Of a stretch of DNA of 64,000 nt, positions 32,792 through 41,614 are shown piece by piece. The DNA comes from Candidatus Iainarchaeum sp. (GTDB taxonomy: Archaea; Iainarchaeota; Iainarchaeia; Iainarchaeales; DTGL01), in contig JAOAJX010000001.1 of assembly GCA_026413945.1 (NCBI GenBank), positions 139,116 to 203,115 of the forward strand, in the 5' to 3' direction. The position numbers and the translations under genes are program-made. Position 1 is the stretch's first letter, and every line of letters begins with the position of its first letter. Under the pieces are notes generated by a model. The model did not search any database. It was not told where the DNA came from and was given only the letters and a program-made list of their open reading frames with translations.

Positions 32792-33330
32792 TAGTTGCAT
32801 CGTGTGGTGCAAGCGGTATTAATTACGTATCATTACTAATTAAAGAACTTAAAAAGAGAAAAGTAGAGATGCATCTTATATTTTCTGAATGGGCAAAGAA
32901 AGTAGCAAATTTTGAAGAGCAACAATTAACTTATAAAGGAATAAAAATTTACAATAACGACGAATTAGATGCGAGCATCTCTAGCACAAGCTTTCCAGTT
33001 GATGCAATGGTTATATTGCCAGCAAGCATAAAAACTGCAAGCGATATTGCCAATGCACACACTGATAACCTTATTGCAAGATGCGCAGATAATATGCTTA
33101 GACAAAGAAAAAAGCTCATCCTTTGCATAAGAGAAACTCCTTTGAGCACACCTGCACTTAAAAATCTTTACAAAATTTCTCTTTATGGCGGCATCGTTTT
33201 TCCTCTTTCCCCAGCTTTTTATTCCAAGCCAAAAAGCATTTCTGATATCGAGGCTTTTATAGTTGGAAAGATCTTAGACCTTCTTTCAATCGAGAATGAA
33301 CTCTACAAGAGGTGGAACTATGGACTTTAG
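32782..33330 (+). CDS. ubiX: UbiX flavin prenyltransferase
   Basis: GASG, NLIARCAD, RETPL, PAFY..P. Confidence 0.9.
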   Translation: MRLIVASCGASGINYVSLLIKELKKRKVEMHLIFSEWAKKVANFEEQQLTYKGIKIYNNDELDASISSTSFPVDAMVILPASIKTASDIANAHTDNLIARCADNMLRQRKKLILCIRETPLSTPALKNLYKISLYGGIVFPLSPAFYSKPKSISDIEAFIVGKILDLLSIENELYKRWNYGL

Positions 33331-34681
33331 AAGTTTTATTCAGAAGCTCGATAAAAGCAAGGAACTGATAAAAGTAAGTAAACCCGTATCTAAGAGATTT
33401 GAAGCAGCAGCAATACTTAAAGCTCTTGATGGCAAACCAGTACTGTTTGAAAACATAAAAGAATCTCAATTCAAGGTTGCTGGGAATGTGTTTTCCTCGA
33501 AACATTACATCGCAGATTACTTTGGTTGCGATGAAAGAGATTTAATAAAAATAATGGTTAATGCGTTGAACAAACCAAAAGAATTGAATATTATAAAGAA
33601 AAGCCCATGTCAAGATATAATTGTTGAAGAAAAAGATGTTGATTTGGACAAATTGCCAATACTAAGGCATACGAAAATTGACGGTGGTAACTACATAACT
33701 TCTGGTGTCTTCATTGCAAAAGACAAAGAATTAGGCATGAACGCTTCTTTTCATCGATGTATGCAATTAGATAAAAAAACATTCTCCGTTAGGGTTTGTG
33801 AACGTAATCTCTATGAGTTTTTACAAAGAGCATCCGGTGAACTTAATGTTGCAGTATGTATTGGCAATCCTGCTAGCGTCTTGTTAGCTGGAGCTACAAG
33901 CCCCCCAATTGGACAGTTCGAGTTTGAGATTGCAAGTGCACTCGAGAGTTTTGGGGTTGTTAAGGCACAATTTGCAGATGTATATGTTCCTTCAAGTTCT
34001 GAATTTATAATAGAAGGCACACTTACAATGAATGAGCTTGCTAACGAAGGCATGTTTTTAGATCTTACTGGTACAAGGGACTTTGTTAGAAAACAACCAA
34101 TTCTAAAGGTTAAGAGAATAACCCATAGAAAAAATGCGATATGGCATGCGTTATTACCGGGTGGTAACGAGCATGGGCTGCTTATGGGAATGCCGAGAGA
34201 ACCAACAATATTTTCAGAAGTTAGCAAAGTTGCAAAATGTTTAAATGTAAACATAACTCAAGGAGGCTGTTCATGGCTTCATGCTGTAGTTCAAGTGCAG
34301 AAAGAAAGCGATGAACAAATAAAAAGAGTGATTGAAGCTGCATTTAAAGGCCATAGCTCCTTAAAGCATGTTTTTGTTGTTGATGCTGACATCGATGCTA
34401 ATAATATGCAAGAAGTTGAATGGGCCTTTGCAACAAGATTGCAAGGCGACAAGCAAATACACATATTCCCAAAACAAAAAGGTTCTAGCTTGGATCCAAG
34501 TGCTGAGCACCCAAGCAGAATAACATGTAAAGTTGGCTTTGACTTAACTATCCCTATGGGCAGAGATAAAGCAGATTTTACAAAGGTAAACTATGAAAGA
34601 ATTGAGTTGGATAAATATTTGGTGAAAAAAGATGAAGCTAAGCAAAGAAGAAAAAGAGTATCTGGAAGGAAAACACGGTAA
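33320..34681 (+). CDS. UbiD-family decarboxylase, probable anhydromevalonate phosphate decarboxylase
   Basis: NASFHR, EG.F.DLTG, GGCSWLHAVV, VEWAFATR, GSSLDPS; MVA operon context. Confidence 0.88.
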   Translation: MDFRSFIQKLDKSKELIKVSKPVSKRFEAAAILKALDGKPVLFENIKESQFKVAGNVFSSKHYIADYFGCDERDLIKIMVNALNKPKELNIIKKSPCQDIIVEEKDVDLDKLPILRHTKIDGGNYITSGVFIAKDKELGMNASFHRCMQLDKKTFSVRVCERNLYEFLQRASGELNVAVCIGNPASVLLAGATSPPIGQFEFEIASALESFGVVKAQFADVYVPSSSEFIIEGTLTMNELANEGMFLDLTGTRDFVRKQPILKVKRITHRKNAIWHALLPGGNEHGLLMGMPREPTIFSEVSKVAKCLNVNITQGGCSWLHAVVQVQKESDEQIKRVIEAAFKGHSSLKHVFVVDADIDANNMQEVEWAFATRLQGDKQIHIFPKQKGSSLDPSAEHPSRITCKVGFDLTIPMGRDKADFTKVNYERIELDKYLVKKDEAKQRRKRVSGRKTR

Positions 34682-35807
34682 TGCAGCAAAAAAAGCAATG
34701 GAAATTCTTGTAGCACTCGGAAAAATTTACTCAGCAAAGAGATTAATTACTGTAGACAGTGTCCAGATTTCTGGTGTAAGTTATCACACTATTGGTGATG
34801 CAGGCTTAGAATTGTTGGAAGACCTTGCTAAAGATGGCAAAATAAAAGTTCCTCTAACAACTTTAAATCCAGCTGGCATAGATATTGAAAATTGGCAATG
34901 CTTGGGCATAGATAAAAATTTTGCTGAAAAGCAACAACGCATTTTAAGCGCTTTCAAGAAGATTGGGGTTATTGTGAGTTGCACTTGTACACCTTACTTA
35001 ATAGGCAATATTCCAAAGTACGGCTCACATATTGCATGGAGTGAAAGCAGTGCCGTATGTTTTGCAAACTCGATTATTGGTGCAAGAACAAATCGCGAAA
35101 GCGGTTTATCGAGCCTAGCAAGTGCTATTACTGGAAAAACACCTGATTATGGCCTTCATATAGAAAAGAACCGCAAACCAAAATATCTTGTAGAAGTCAA
35201 AGCAAACCTTACTGATATAACTGATTTTGGCGCACTTGGTAAAATTATCGGTGAAAAAATCGGAGGTGAAATACCTCTGATAAGAGGAATTTCTGATGCT
35301 GATCTTGATGAATTGAAAAGTCTTTGTGCCTCAATTGCGACTTTTGGTGGTACTGCACTTTTTCATATAAAAGATTTGACCCCCGAAAAAGTAAAAGCAC
35401 CTAAGAAAAAATTATACATAACATCAGCCGATATTGAAAAAGCGAAGAACTCATTTTTTGATACTAATGAATATGACTTCATTGCAATAGGTTGTCCACA
35501 TGCTTCCATAACAGAAATCCAGCAGATTGCCTCAGCACTTGATGGCAAAATGGTAAAAAAAGAATTTTGGGTGTTCTGTGCAAGACCAGTAAAGAAAATT
35601 TCCGATCTTATGGGTTACACCGAGGTTATTGAAAAGGCTGGTGCCAGATTTGCTTGCGACACTTGTATGGCTGTTGCCCCGCTTAAAGGTAGATTTAATG
35701 GCATGATTACAAATTCAGCAAAAGCATGCTTCTATGGGCGCGGTTCAAACAATTTTAAAGTAAGACTTGCTACACTTGAAGAATGCATAAAGGTGGCTTT
35801 AAATTGA
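34632..35807 (+). CDS. Aconitase X large subunit, probable phosphomevalonate dehydratase
   Basis: SGVSY, CTCTPY, AWSESSA, GARTNRE, GCPH, DTC, TNSAK. Confidence 0.92.
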   Translation: MKLSKEEKEYLEGKHGNAAKKAMEILVALGKIYSAKRLITVDSVQISGVSYHTIGDAGLELLEDLAKDGKIKVPLTTLNPAGIDIENWQCLGIDKNFAEKQQRILSAFKKIGVIVSCTCTPYLIGNIPKYGSHIAWSESSAVCFANSIIGARTNRESGLSSLASAITGKTPDYGLHIEKNRKPKYLVEVKANLTDITDFGALGKIIGEKIGGEIPLIRGISDADLDELKSLCASIATFGGTALFHIKDLTPEKVKAPKKKLYITSADIEKAKNSFFDTNEYDFIAIGCPHASITEIQQIASALDGKMVKKEFWVFCARPVKKISDLMGYTEVIEKAGARFACDTCMAVAPLKGRFNGMITNSAKACFYGRGSNNFKVRLATLEECIKVALN

Positions 35808-36190
35808 TTCTTAAAGGTAGAAAAATTTCTTCAGGAAAGGCTGAAGGCGAATGCCTTTTCAGCGAACAACCAATATCATTTTTTGGGGGAATTGATCCTG
35901 ATACTGGAATTATAATTGAAAAGGGACACCCGCTTGAAGGAGTGAACATAGCAGGAAAAATACTTATTTTCCCTCATGGCAAGGGTTCTACTGTTGGCAG
36001 TTATACAATATACCGCTTAAAAAAGAACAAAAAAGCACCTGCAGCAATGATTCTTAAAGAATGCGAAACAATAGTTGCAATAGGTGCAATAATTTCAGAA
36101 ATCCCTTGTATTGATAAAATAAAAATAGAAAAACTAAATAAAATTACTATGCTGAAAGTTGATGCAGATAAAGCAGTGGTGATTTTTTGA
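35804..36190 (+). CDS. Aconitase X swiveling (small) subunit, DUF126
   Basis: SFFGGIDP.TG, GKGSTVGSY; TTG start overlapping upstream stop. Confidence 0.92.
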   Translation: MILKGRKISSGKAEGECLFSEQPISFFGGIDPDTGIIIEKGHPLEGVNIAGKILIFPHGKGSTVGSYTIYRLKKNKKAPAAMILKECETIVAIGAIISEIPCIDKIKIEKLNKITMLKVDADKAVVIF

Positions 36191-36975
36191 AAGAACTCGT
36201 TTTAATTAAACTCGGCGGCTCTCTAATAACTGACAAACGTAAAAAGGAGAAAGCTAGGCTAAATTTGATTGCCTCATTAGCACATGAAATAAAACCATTC
36301 ATTGGGAAAAAAAGACTCATTGTTGCCCACGGTGGTGGAAGCTTTCCTCATTATCCCGCAAAAGAGTACAGGGTCAATGAAGGCATTTTAAATAAAAACA
36401 GCCTGAAGGGCTTTTGCCTCACCCATGATGCCGCAGCAAGACTAAATCGCATTGTTGTAGGCGAGTTTCTAAAAGCAGGCATAAATGCAATAAGCATGCA
36501 GCCAAGCTCTTTCATGTTCTGCAAAAATGGAAAAATAATTCAAAGCAATCTTTGCGCAATAGAAGAAGCTTTGCAGCATAACATATTGCCAGTGCCGTAT
36601 GGCGATGCTGTGTTTGACACTGAAAAGGGCATAACAATAATATCAACAGAACAGATACTTTCACACTTAGCTTTAAAACTCAAAGCTAAAAGGATAATCG
36701 TTGCAGGCATAGTTAATGGAGTTTATACATCAGATCCATTGCTAAGTCCTTGTGCAAAGTTAATACCTAAAATCACTGCAAAGAATTTTCCAAATATAAG
36801 AAATATGCTTTCTGGCTCTCACGGCGTAGATGTTACTGGCGGAATGCTTTCAAAAGTTGAAGACCTCGTTGCTCTCTCAAACAAGGGAATTAGGGCCCAA
36901 ATAATTGGCGCAGAGCAAAAAGGCAATTTGAAAAAGGCAATTTTAGGAAAAAGAATCGGCACTATAATTGGCTAA
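36187..36975 (+). CDS. ipk: Isopentenyl phosphate kinase
   Basis: KLGGSLITDK, HGGGSF.H, GDAV, DVTGGM..K. Confidence 0.93.
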   Translation: MKELVLIKLGGSLITDKRKKEKARLNLIASLAHEIKPFIGKKRLIVAHGGGSFPHYPAKEYRVNEGILNKNSLKGFCLTHDAAARLNRIVVGEFLKAGINAISMQPSSFMFCKNGKIIQSNLCAIEEALQHNILPVPYGDAVFDTEKGITIISTEQILSHLALKLKAKRIIVAGIVNGVYTSDPLLSPCAKLIPKITAKNFPNIRNMLSGSHGVDVTGGMLSKVEDLVALSNKGIRAQIIGAEQKGNLKKAILGKRIGTIIG

Positions 36976-37026
36976 GAGTTAAACACCATTAAAAACCATT
37001 TTTAACTTTTTGGTGAATAATAGTTT

Positions 37027-37601
37027 ATGCCTTTACCGAAAAACAGGTTAAGACAACCGAAAACTTCAAGAGCAGTGGTAATAAAGAGAGAATTAAAACA
37101 AATGACTAGTGAGCAAATCGCAAGTCTGATTTCCGCTGCCGCAAAACAACCACTACCGGTAAGAGTTTTGTTGGCAAAAGGCCTAAATACACGAAGACTC
37201 AAGGCAAGAGGATTTACCGCAAAAAATTGGCAGAATTAGGGTATAAGGCCAGCGAATTAAGACTACTCGGATATTCTGCAATTGACTTAAAACGTGCTGG
37301 ATTTAGTGTATATGACATAATACATGCCGGATTTACTTTAGATGAATTAAGGCGGCTAGGCAGCAAATTTGCCCCAGGTGGGCCAAAAAAAGTAGGATAT
37401 ACTGCAGGTGAATTATTTGCTGCTGGACATAGCTTAGAAGAATTAAGAAGATTCGGATATACTGCAATCGACTTAAGAGCTGCTGGATTTGATGTGGATG
37501 AATTAGTACATGCTGGATATACTGCGCCCGAATTAATACTTGCCGGTTTTTCCCAAGTACAAGTAAATGCTGCTTTTAGCAGAAAAGCCAAAGCCAAATA
37601 A
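37027..37601 (+). CDS. Decapeptide-repeat protein (G-[FY]-[ST]-x-x-[ED]-L-x-x-x) split by a -1 frameshift at 37221-37227
   Basis: ORFs 37027-37239 and 37227-37601 join into an unbroken repeat register (..GFTAKK/LAELGYKASEL..) with one extra A; GGTGA SD before 37027. Confidence 0.7.
37255..37560 (+). repeat. Coding 30/60-bp periodic repeats with a 186-bp internal duplication
   Basis: GGATATACTGC at 37395, 37455, 37515; ELRLLGYSAIDLKRAGF vs ELRRFGYTAIDLRAAGF. Confidence 0.85.
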
Positions 37602-37681
37602 GACTGTTAAATAGTACTAGTTCACGAAACCCAGCAAAACAATTATATACTACAAACTGCTTTCTTTATACTGATGTTTTA

Positions 37682-37810
37682 ATGTGTGCAGATTCCAGTT
37701 TAACGAATAAAGAAAAGCAAGAATGTGAAGAAAGCGCAAAAAGTTTTGGGGCATCTTTAGGGAAACTATTTCTTGCAATGGGTTTGGAAGAGTTGAAGAA
37801 AGAACCTTAA
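37682..37810 (+). CDS. Possible small protein (42 aa)
   Basis: MCADSSLTNKEKQECEESAKSFGASLGKLFLAMGLEELKKEP fills the gap before fni; purine-rich like real genes. Confidence 0.35.
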   Translation: MCADSSLTNKEKQECEESAKSFGASLGKLFLAMGLEELKKEP

Positions 37811-37888
37811 AGATTAATTGAAAGCCTCTAAGTGAATAAAGAAAATAAAGAATAACCTTTTAAATAAAGTTGCAATCGTATCTTTTTT

Positions 37889-38893
37889 ATGTCAATCAGA
37901 GATAGAAAGCGCGAGCACATTGAGATTTCACTCACACAAAATGTAAACTTCCGCTCAACTACAACATGGCTTGAGAAAGTGCTTTTGGAATATTCTGCTT
38001 TGCCAGAAATAGACCTTGATGACGTTTGTCTTGAGACTGATTTTTTGGGTAAAAAACTAAAAGCACCACTTATGGTTAGCGGCATGGTTGGAGGTATAGA
38101 AGAAGCGAAGCAGATAAATAGAGATATTGCGAAAGCATGTGAATCTCTTGGTATTGCGTTTGGTGTTGGTTCTCAAAGAGCAATGCTTGAAAATCCACAG
38201 CTCAAGCATACTTATTTTGTGAGAGATGTCGCACCAAATATTTTTGTTGCTGGTAATTTAGGAGTAACACAACTAAAGGATTATTCATTGGAACAAATCG
38301 AATATGCCTTAGAATCGATTGGTGCTGATGCCTTGGCAATACACATAAATGCTGCACAGGAATCAATACAACCAGAGGGTACGCCAAGATTTAAAGGGTG
38401 TCTTAAAAAGATTGATGAGGTTTCTAAAAAGCTAAGTAAGCCAGTCTATGTAAAAGAAGTTGGTCATGGGGTCTCTTTTCGAGTAGCGCAAGAACTAGCA
38501 AAAACAAACATAAAAGCAATCGATGTACAAGGTGCCGGTGGCACTTCATGGACTGCAATAGAATTTATTAGAAATAAGTCAGCTTTCGGTGAAACATTTT
38601 GGGATTTTGGCATACCAACTGCAAGCAGCGTGGCAGAGTGCAGAAAAGCCTTCAAAGGAATCATAATTGCTAGTGGTGGCATACGCTCAGGCCTCGATGC
38701 TGTAAAATCGTTTGTGCTTGGAGCAAACATGGTTGCTATCGCAAAACCAGTCCTTGAAGCCCAAGCCAAAGGTGGTCACAAAGAGGTTGAAAATTACCTT
38801 AGCAAAATAATTCACGAAATAAAAGTTGCCCTTTTCCTGATTGGGGCAAAAAGCCCTAAAGAAGCAGTTGGGCGTGGCAGATTACAACCCTAG
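37889..38893 (+). CDS. fni: Type 2 isopentenyl-diphosphate delta-isomerase
   Basis: RKREHI, GVGSQR, QESIQPEG, KEVG.G, GAGGTSW, ASGGIR. Confidence 0.95.
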   Translation: MSIRDRKREHIEISLTQNVNFRSTTTWLEKVLLEYSALPEIDLDDVCLETDFLGKKLKAPLMVSGMVGGIEEAKQINRDIAKACESLGIAFGVGSQRAMLENPQLKHTYFVRDVAPNIFVAGNLGVTQLKDYSLEQIEYALESIGADALAIHINAAQESIQPEGTPRFKGCLKKIDEVSKKLSKPVYVKEVGHGVSFRVAQELAKTNIKAIDVQGAGGTSWTAIEFIRNKSAFGETFWDFGIPTASSVAECRKAFKGIIIASGGIRSGLDAVKSFVLGANMVAIAKPVLEAQAKGGHKEVENYLSKIIHEIKVALFLIGAKSPKEAVGRGRLQP

Positions 38894-38918
38894 ATGCTCA
38901 AACATCTTCAATAACATT

Positions 38919-39716
38919 TTATGTTTTAATAATTTCAAGCCCAAAATCTTCTAGCATAGATATTACTCTTGCCTTCTCTGTTGAAAGGCCTTTTTTTTCA
39001 ATTACAAAGGCCTTGACAGTTTCCACTGTAGACTTTATTGCCTTTTCAATAGATTCTTTAGTCAGTTTTGCTAAATAATGCTTAGGGCACATGTGCGAGA
39101 AAGCAAGTTCCGTTTCTAATGCCATTTTCGTGAAGTGCTGGTTGTAATGTAAGCCCCCGAACCCAAGCACTGCCTTGGACTTAATATTATAATCAGCATC
39201 AACAATTGTTTTTGCAACAACATTTGCTGCTTTTGTATCAGTCCATTGTGCAATGCTTGAGCCAATCTCAATATAAAGTGCAGGTTTTGTTAAATACGGG
39301 CCATGGTGTGTTGCCTCATAAACAACATCATAATCTATACATAACTTCTTCTTTAACTCATTAAGATAACATATGTATGCTTTCATAACCGCAGAGCTTG
39401 TTGGCACTAACTCAAAATCTTTGCCACCAAAATGCGCTTTTGCCCAATTTCCTATTGGATGCACAGTAAGCGTTGGTCTTTTAGATTCCGAAGAATGCTT
39501 CGAAGCAAAGACAAACAATTTACAATTAATTTTATCTACATAATCAGCAAATATCTGATCAGAATTTATAAAATATAGTTTCATGTTTTTTTCATTGCTT
39601 TGGTAAACCCCATTTCCATCAAAGTTCTCTTCACATTCTTCAAAACCATTGCTAAAAAGCTCTTTTGCAATATTCATTCCAGCAGGATCTAGTTTAGATA
39701 CTATTATGGCAATCAT
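38919..39716 (-). CDS. dtdA: D-aminoacyl-tRNA deacylase (archaeal DTD2/DtdA)
   Basis: S..DPAG.NI, SKH.S, TVH..GN, EATHHGP, EIGS, GGLHY; start moved to MIAIIVS. Confidence 0.9.
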   Translation of the reverse strand: MIAIIVSKLDPAGMNIAKELFSNGFEECEENFDGNGVYQSNEKNMKLYFINSDQIFADYVDKINCKLFVFASKHSSESKRPTLTVHPIGNWAKAHFGGKDFELVPTSSAVMKAYICYLNELKKKLCIDYDVVYEATHHGPYLTKPALYIEIGSSIAQWTDTKAANVVAKTIVDADYNIKSKAVLGFGGLHYNQHFTKMALETELAFSHMCPKHYLAKLTKESIEKAIKSTVETVKAFVIEKKGLSTEKARVISMLEDFGLEIIKT

Positions 39717-39771
39717 AAAAAGCGATTGTGCATTTATGGTTAAAAGCTTAACATCTGATACTTTGTTAAGT

Positions 39772-40539
39772 ATGGATACTTTCAGGCTTTTTGTTGTTGC
39801 ATTTTTGGCAATTGTAATGATTGCTTTGTTATTACAGATTTTTGGCTTGTTTGAACCAACTTTGGATCTTGAGAAAGAAATCAAAGAACTGATTCGAATT
39901 GCAGAATCTCAACCAGGTAAATACTTCTCAAAGATGCTCCCTCTGCAAGGCACATTGATTGCAGATATTTTTGAGAATGAACAAAGATCACTGATTTTTC
40001 TTTGTAACAGTCCTTCTTTGTGCTGTGAAATGGCGCAAAAGTGTGGGAAAAATCTTGAATGGAATAATATAAAAACCTCAAGGTTCATAACCTCAAAACA
40101 AAAGAAGCAGGCATATGTATCAGTAAGATGTAGATTCCAGTCATTAACTATTTGCAAAGTTTACTTTGGGCAAGAGCCCGCGCAAATTACAATCGAAAGC
40201 TTTGGCATTGATGTTAACCAGAACACTGCTTTCGCTGGTGAAAATATATATATTAACTACTCAATAAAAAACACAGGCAAAACATCGCTTATTGCAACTT
40301 CCGTGGCTAAACTTTATGCCTCTCATACAGAGCTTTCAGGCGAAGTTTGGCTATTTATAAAGGACTTCAAAGGAAAAGATTTTGCGCTTCTCAGCAATGA
40401 GTCTGCCAATGATTCCATCAATTTCTCAATAACAGCTCCAGGAAAATATAAAATAGAGCTATTTGTCTATGAAAGTAATGATGAGACAAATTTCGACTCA
40501 AAGAGCTTTGAATTAATGGTTTTTGAGAAAAAGCACTAA
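39772..40539 (+). CDS. Membrane-anchored protein with pilin-like N-terminal helix and C-terminal Ig/CARDB-like domain
   Basis: MDTFRLFVVAFLAIVMIALL; Cys cluster; GENIYINYSIKNTG...PGKYKIEL. Confidence 0.6.
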   Translation: MDTFRLFVVAFLAIVMIALLLQIFGLFEPTLDLEKEIKELIRIAESQPGKYFSKMLPLQGTLIADIFENEQRSLIFLCNSPSLCCEMAQKCGKNLEWNNIKTSRFITSKQKKQAYVSVRCRFQSLTICKVYFGQEPAQITIESFGIDVNQNTAFAGENIYINYSIKNTGKTSLIATSVAKLYASHTELSGEVWLFIKDFKGKDFALLSNESANDSINFSITAPGKYKIELFVYESNDETNFDSKSFELMVFEKKH

Positions 40540-40553
40540 ATCAATTAAGCAAT

Positions 40554-41099
40554 TCAAATCCTATATTTTTCAACAAGCTTATCAACACCTAAAATTATCT
40601 GCTTTATGCTTTGTTCGAATTCATTTCTCAGATGATACTCAACTGCTGAAACGAAATCTTCGCGCTCCGCATTTGGTGCTGAGTTTATACAATAACAGCC
40701 ATTTTTCCTTTCAATAAGATTAATGTCCAACATTTTTTGTAGGTGGTACCGCACTAATCTTTCTGATGTCTTTATACCTTTCTTCTCTTCAAGATATTTT
40801 CTTATCTGATCTGCTGTTGGCTTTTTCTTTTCCGAGAACAAAAAATAAAAAAGTGCATCGATTACTTCTATACCTATGCGCCTGCTTTCTTTTTCACTGA
40901 CCAAACCAATACTCAAACATACCCAACGCAAAAGAGAGCGTTTTGTCATCGTTACACTCTGCGGTAGATCAAGTTTCCTTAAATTCAACTCACCTCTCAG
41001 CAATTCAGCTTCAGGAAATTCTGATGGCCCATTTCTTATCAGAGGTTTCTTTTCATTCGGTTTTTCATTACGTTTGTGACTTCTCAAAACACGCGGCAT
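40554..41099 (-). CDS. Winged helix-turn-helix DNA-binding protein
   Basis: TADQIRKYL...SERLVRYHLQKMLDINLIERKNGCY. Confidence 0.7.
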   Translation of the reverse strand: MPRVLRSHKRNEKPNEKKPLIRNGPSEFPEAELLRGELNLRKLDLPQSVTMTKRSLLRWVCLSIGLVSEKESRRIGIEVIDALFYFLFSEKKKPTADQIRKYLEEKKGIKTSERLVRYHLQKMLDINLIERKNGCYCINSAPNAEREDFVSAVEYHLRNEFEQSIKQIILGVDKLVEKYRI

Positions 41100-41257
41100 G
41101 AAAAATTTTTTTTCCGAAAGAAATAAAATGTTTTCTCTAAGGCAACCTACCTTCAAATTAAATTTTTAATACCAAACGATATATTATACTTTAATAATAA
41201 TATTTACTGATAATATTTACTCCAAACTTATAGCGTTTGATTGTAAGGTGATTATGC

Positions 41258-41614
41258 ATGGCTGTAGCTATTAACTACAGATTTAGTCCATTGAGAATGT
41301 CCCTTAAAAAAAGGGACAAGGTAGCCCTTGATCTTTTTGTTAAGAATATTGATGATTCCATTAAGAAGCTGACTGTCCGTGTCATGCTTCCCAATGAACT
41401 CGCTTTCTCAAAAGGTGGCTTTAAAACAGCAGAAATAATTAATATTGACAAAATAATGCCTGCTGAAGAAAGAATACTTTACCTTGAGATATGGCCTAAG
41501 CATAACTTATCTGCCGGCGAAAAAGCAATTCAAGTAATTGTTCAGGAGTTTGAAGGAAATTATCAATACACTAAAAATCAGACAGAAAAAACAATTTCAT
41601 TAATCGTTGACTAG
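41258..41614 (+). CDS. Small beta-sandwich hypothetical protein
   Basis: GGTGA SD; all-beta pattern, no signal peptide. Confidence 0.65.
   Translation: MAVAINYRFSPLRMSLKKRDKVALDLFVKNIDDSIKKLTVRVMLPNELAFSKGGFKTAEIINIDKIMPAEERILYLEIWPKHNLSAGEKAIQVIVQEFEGNYQYTKNQTEKTISLIVD

Noticed and set aside
37255-37560. 60-bp periodic repeats as a CRISPR array
   Set aside because: Repeats are degenerate, codon-phased and protein-coding, with no unique spacers or cas genes
39649-39884. Apparent 236-bp overlap of divergent ORFs
   Set aside because: Disappears when starts are set at 39716 (dtdA) and 39772
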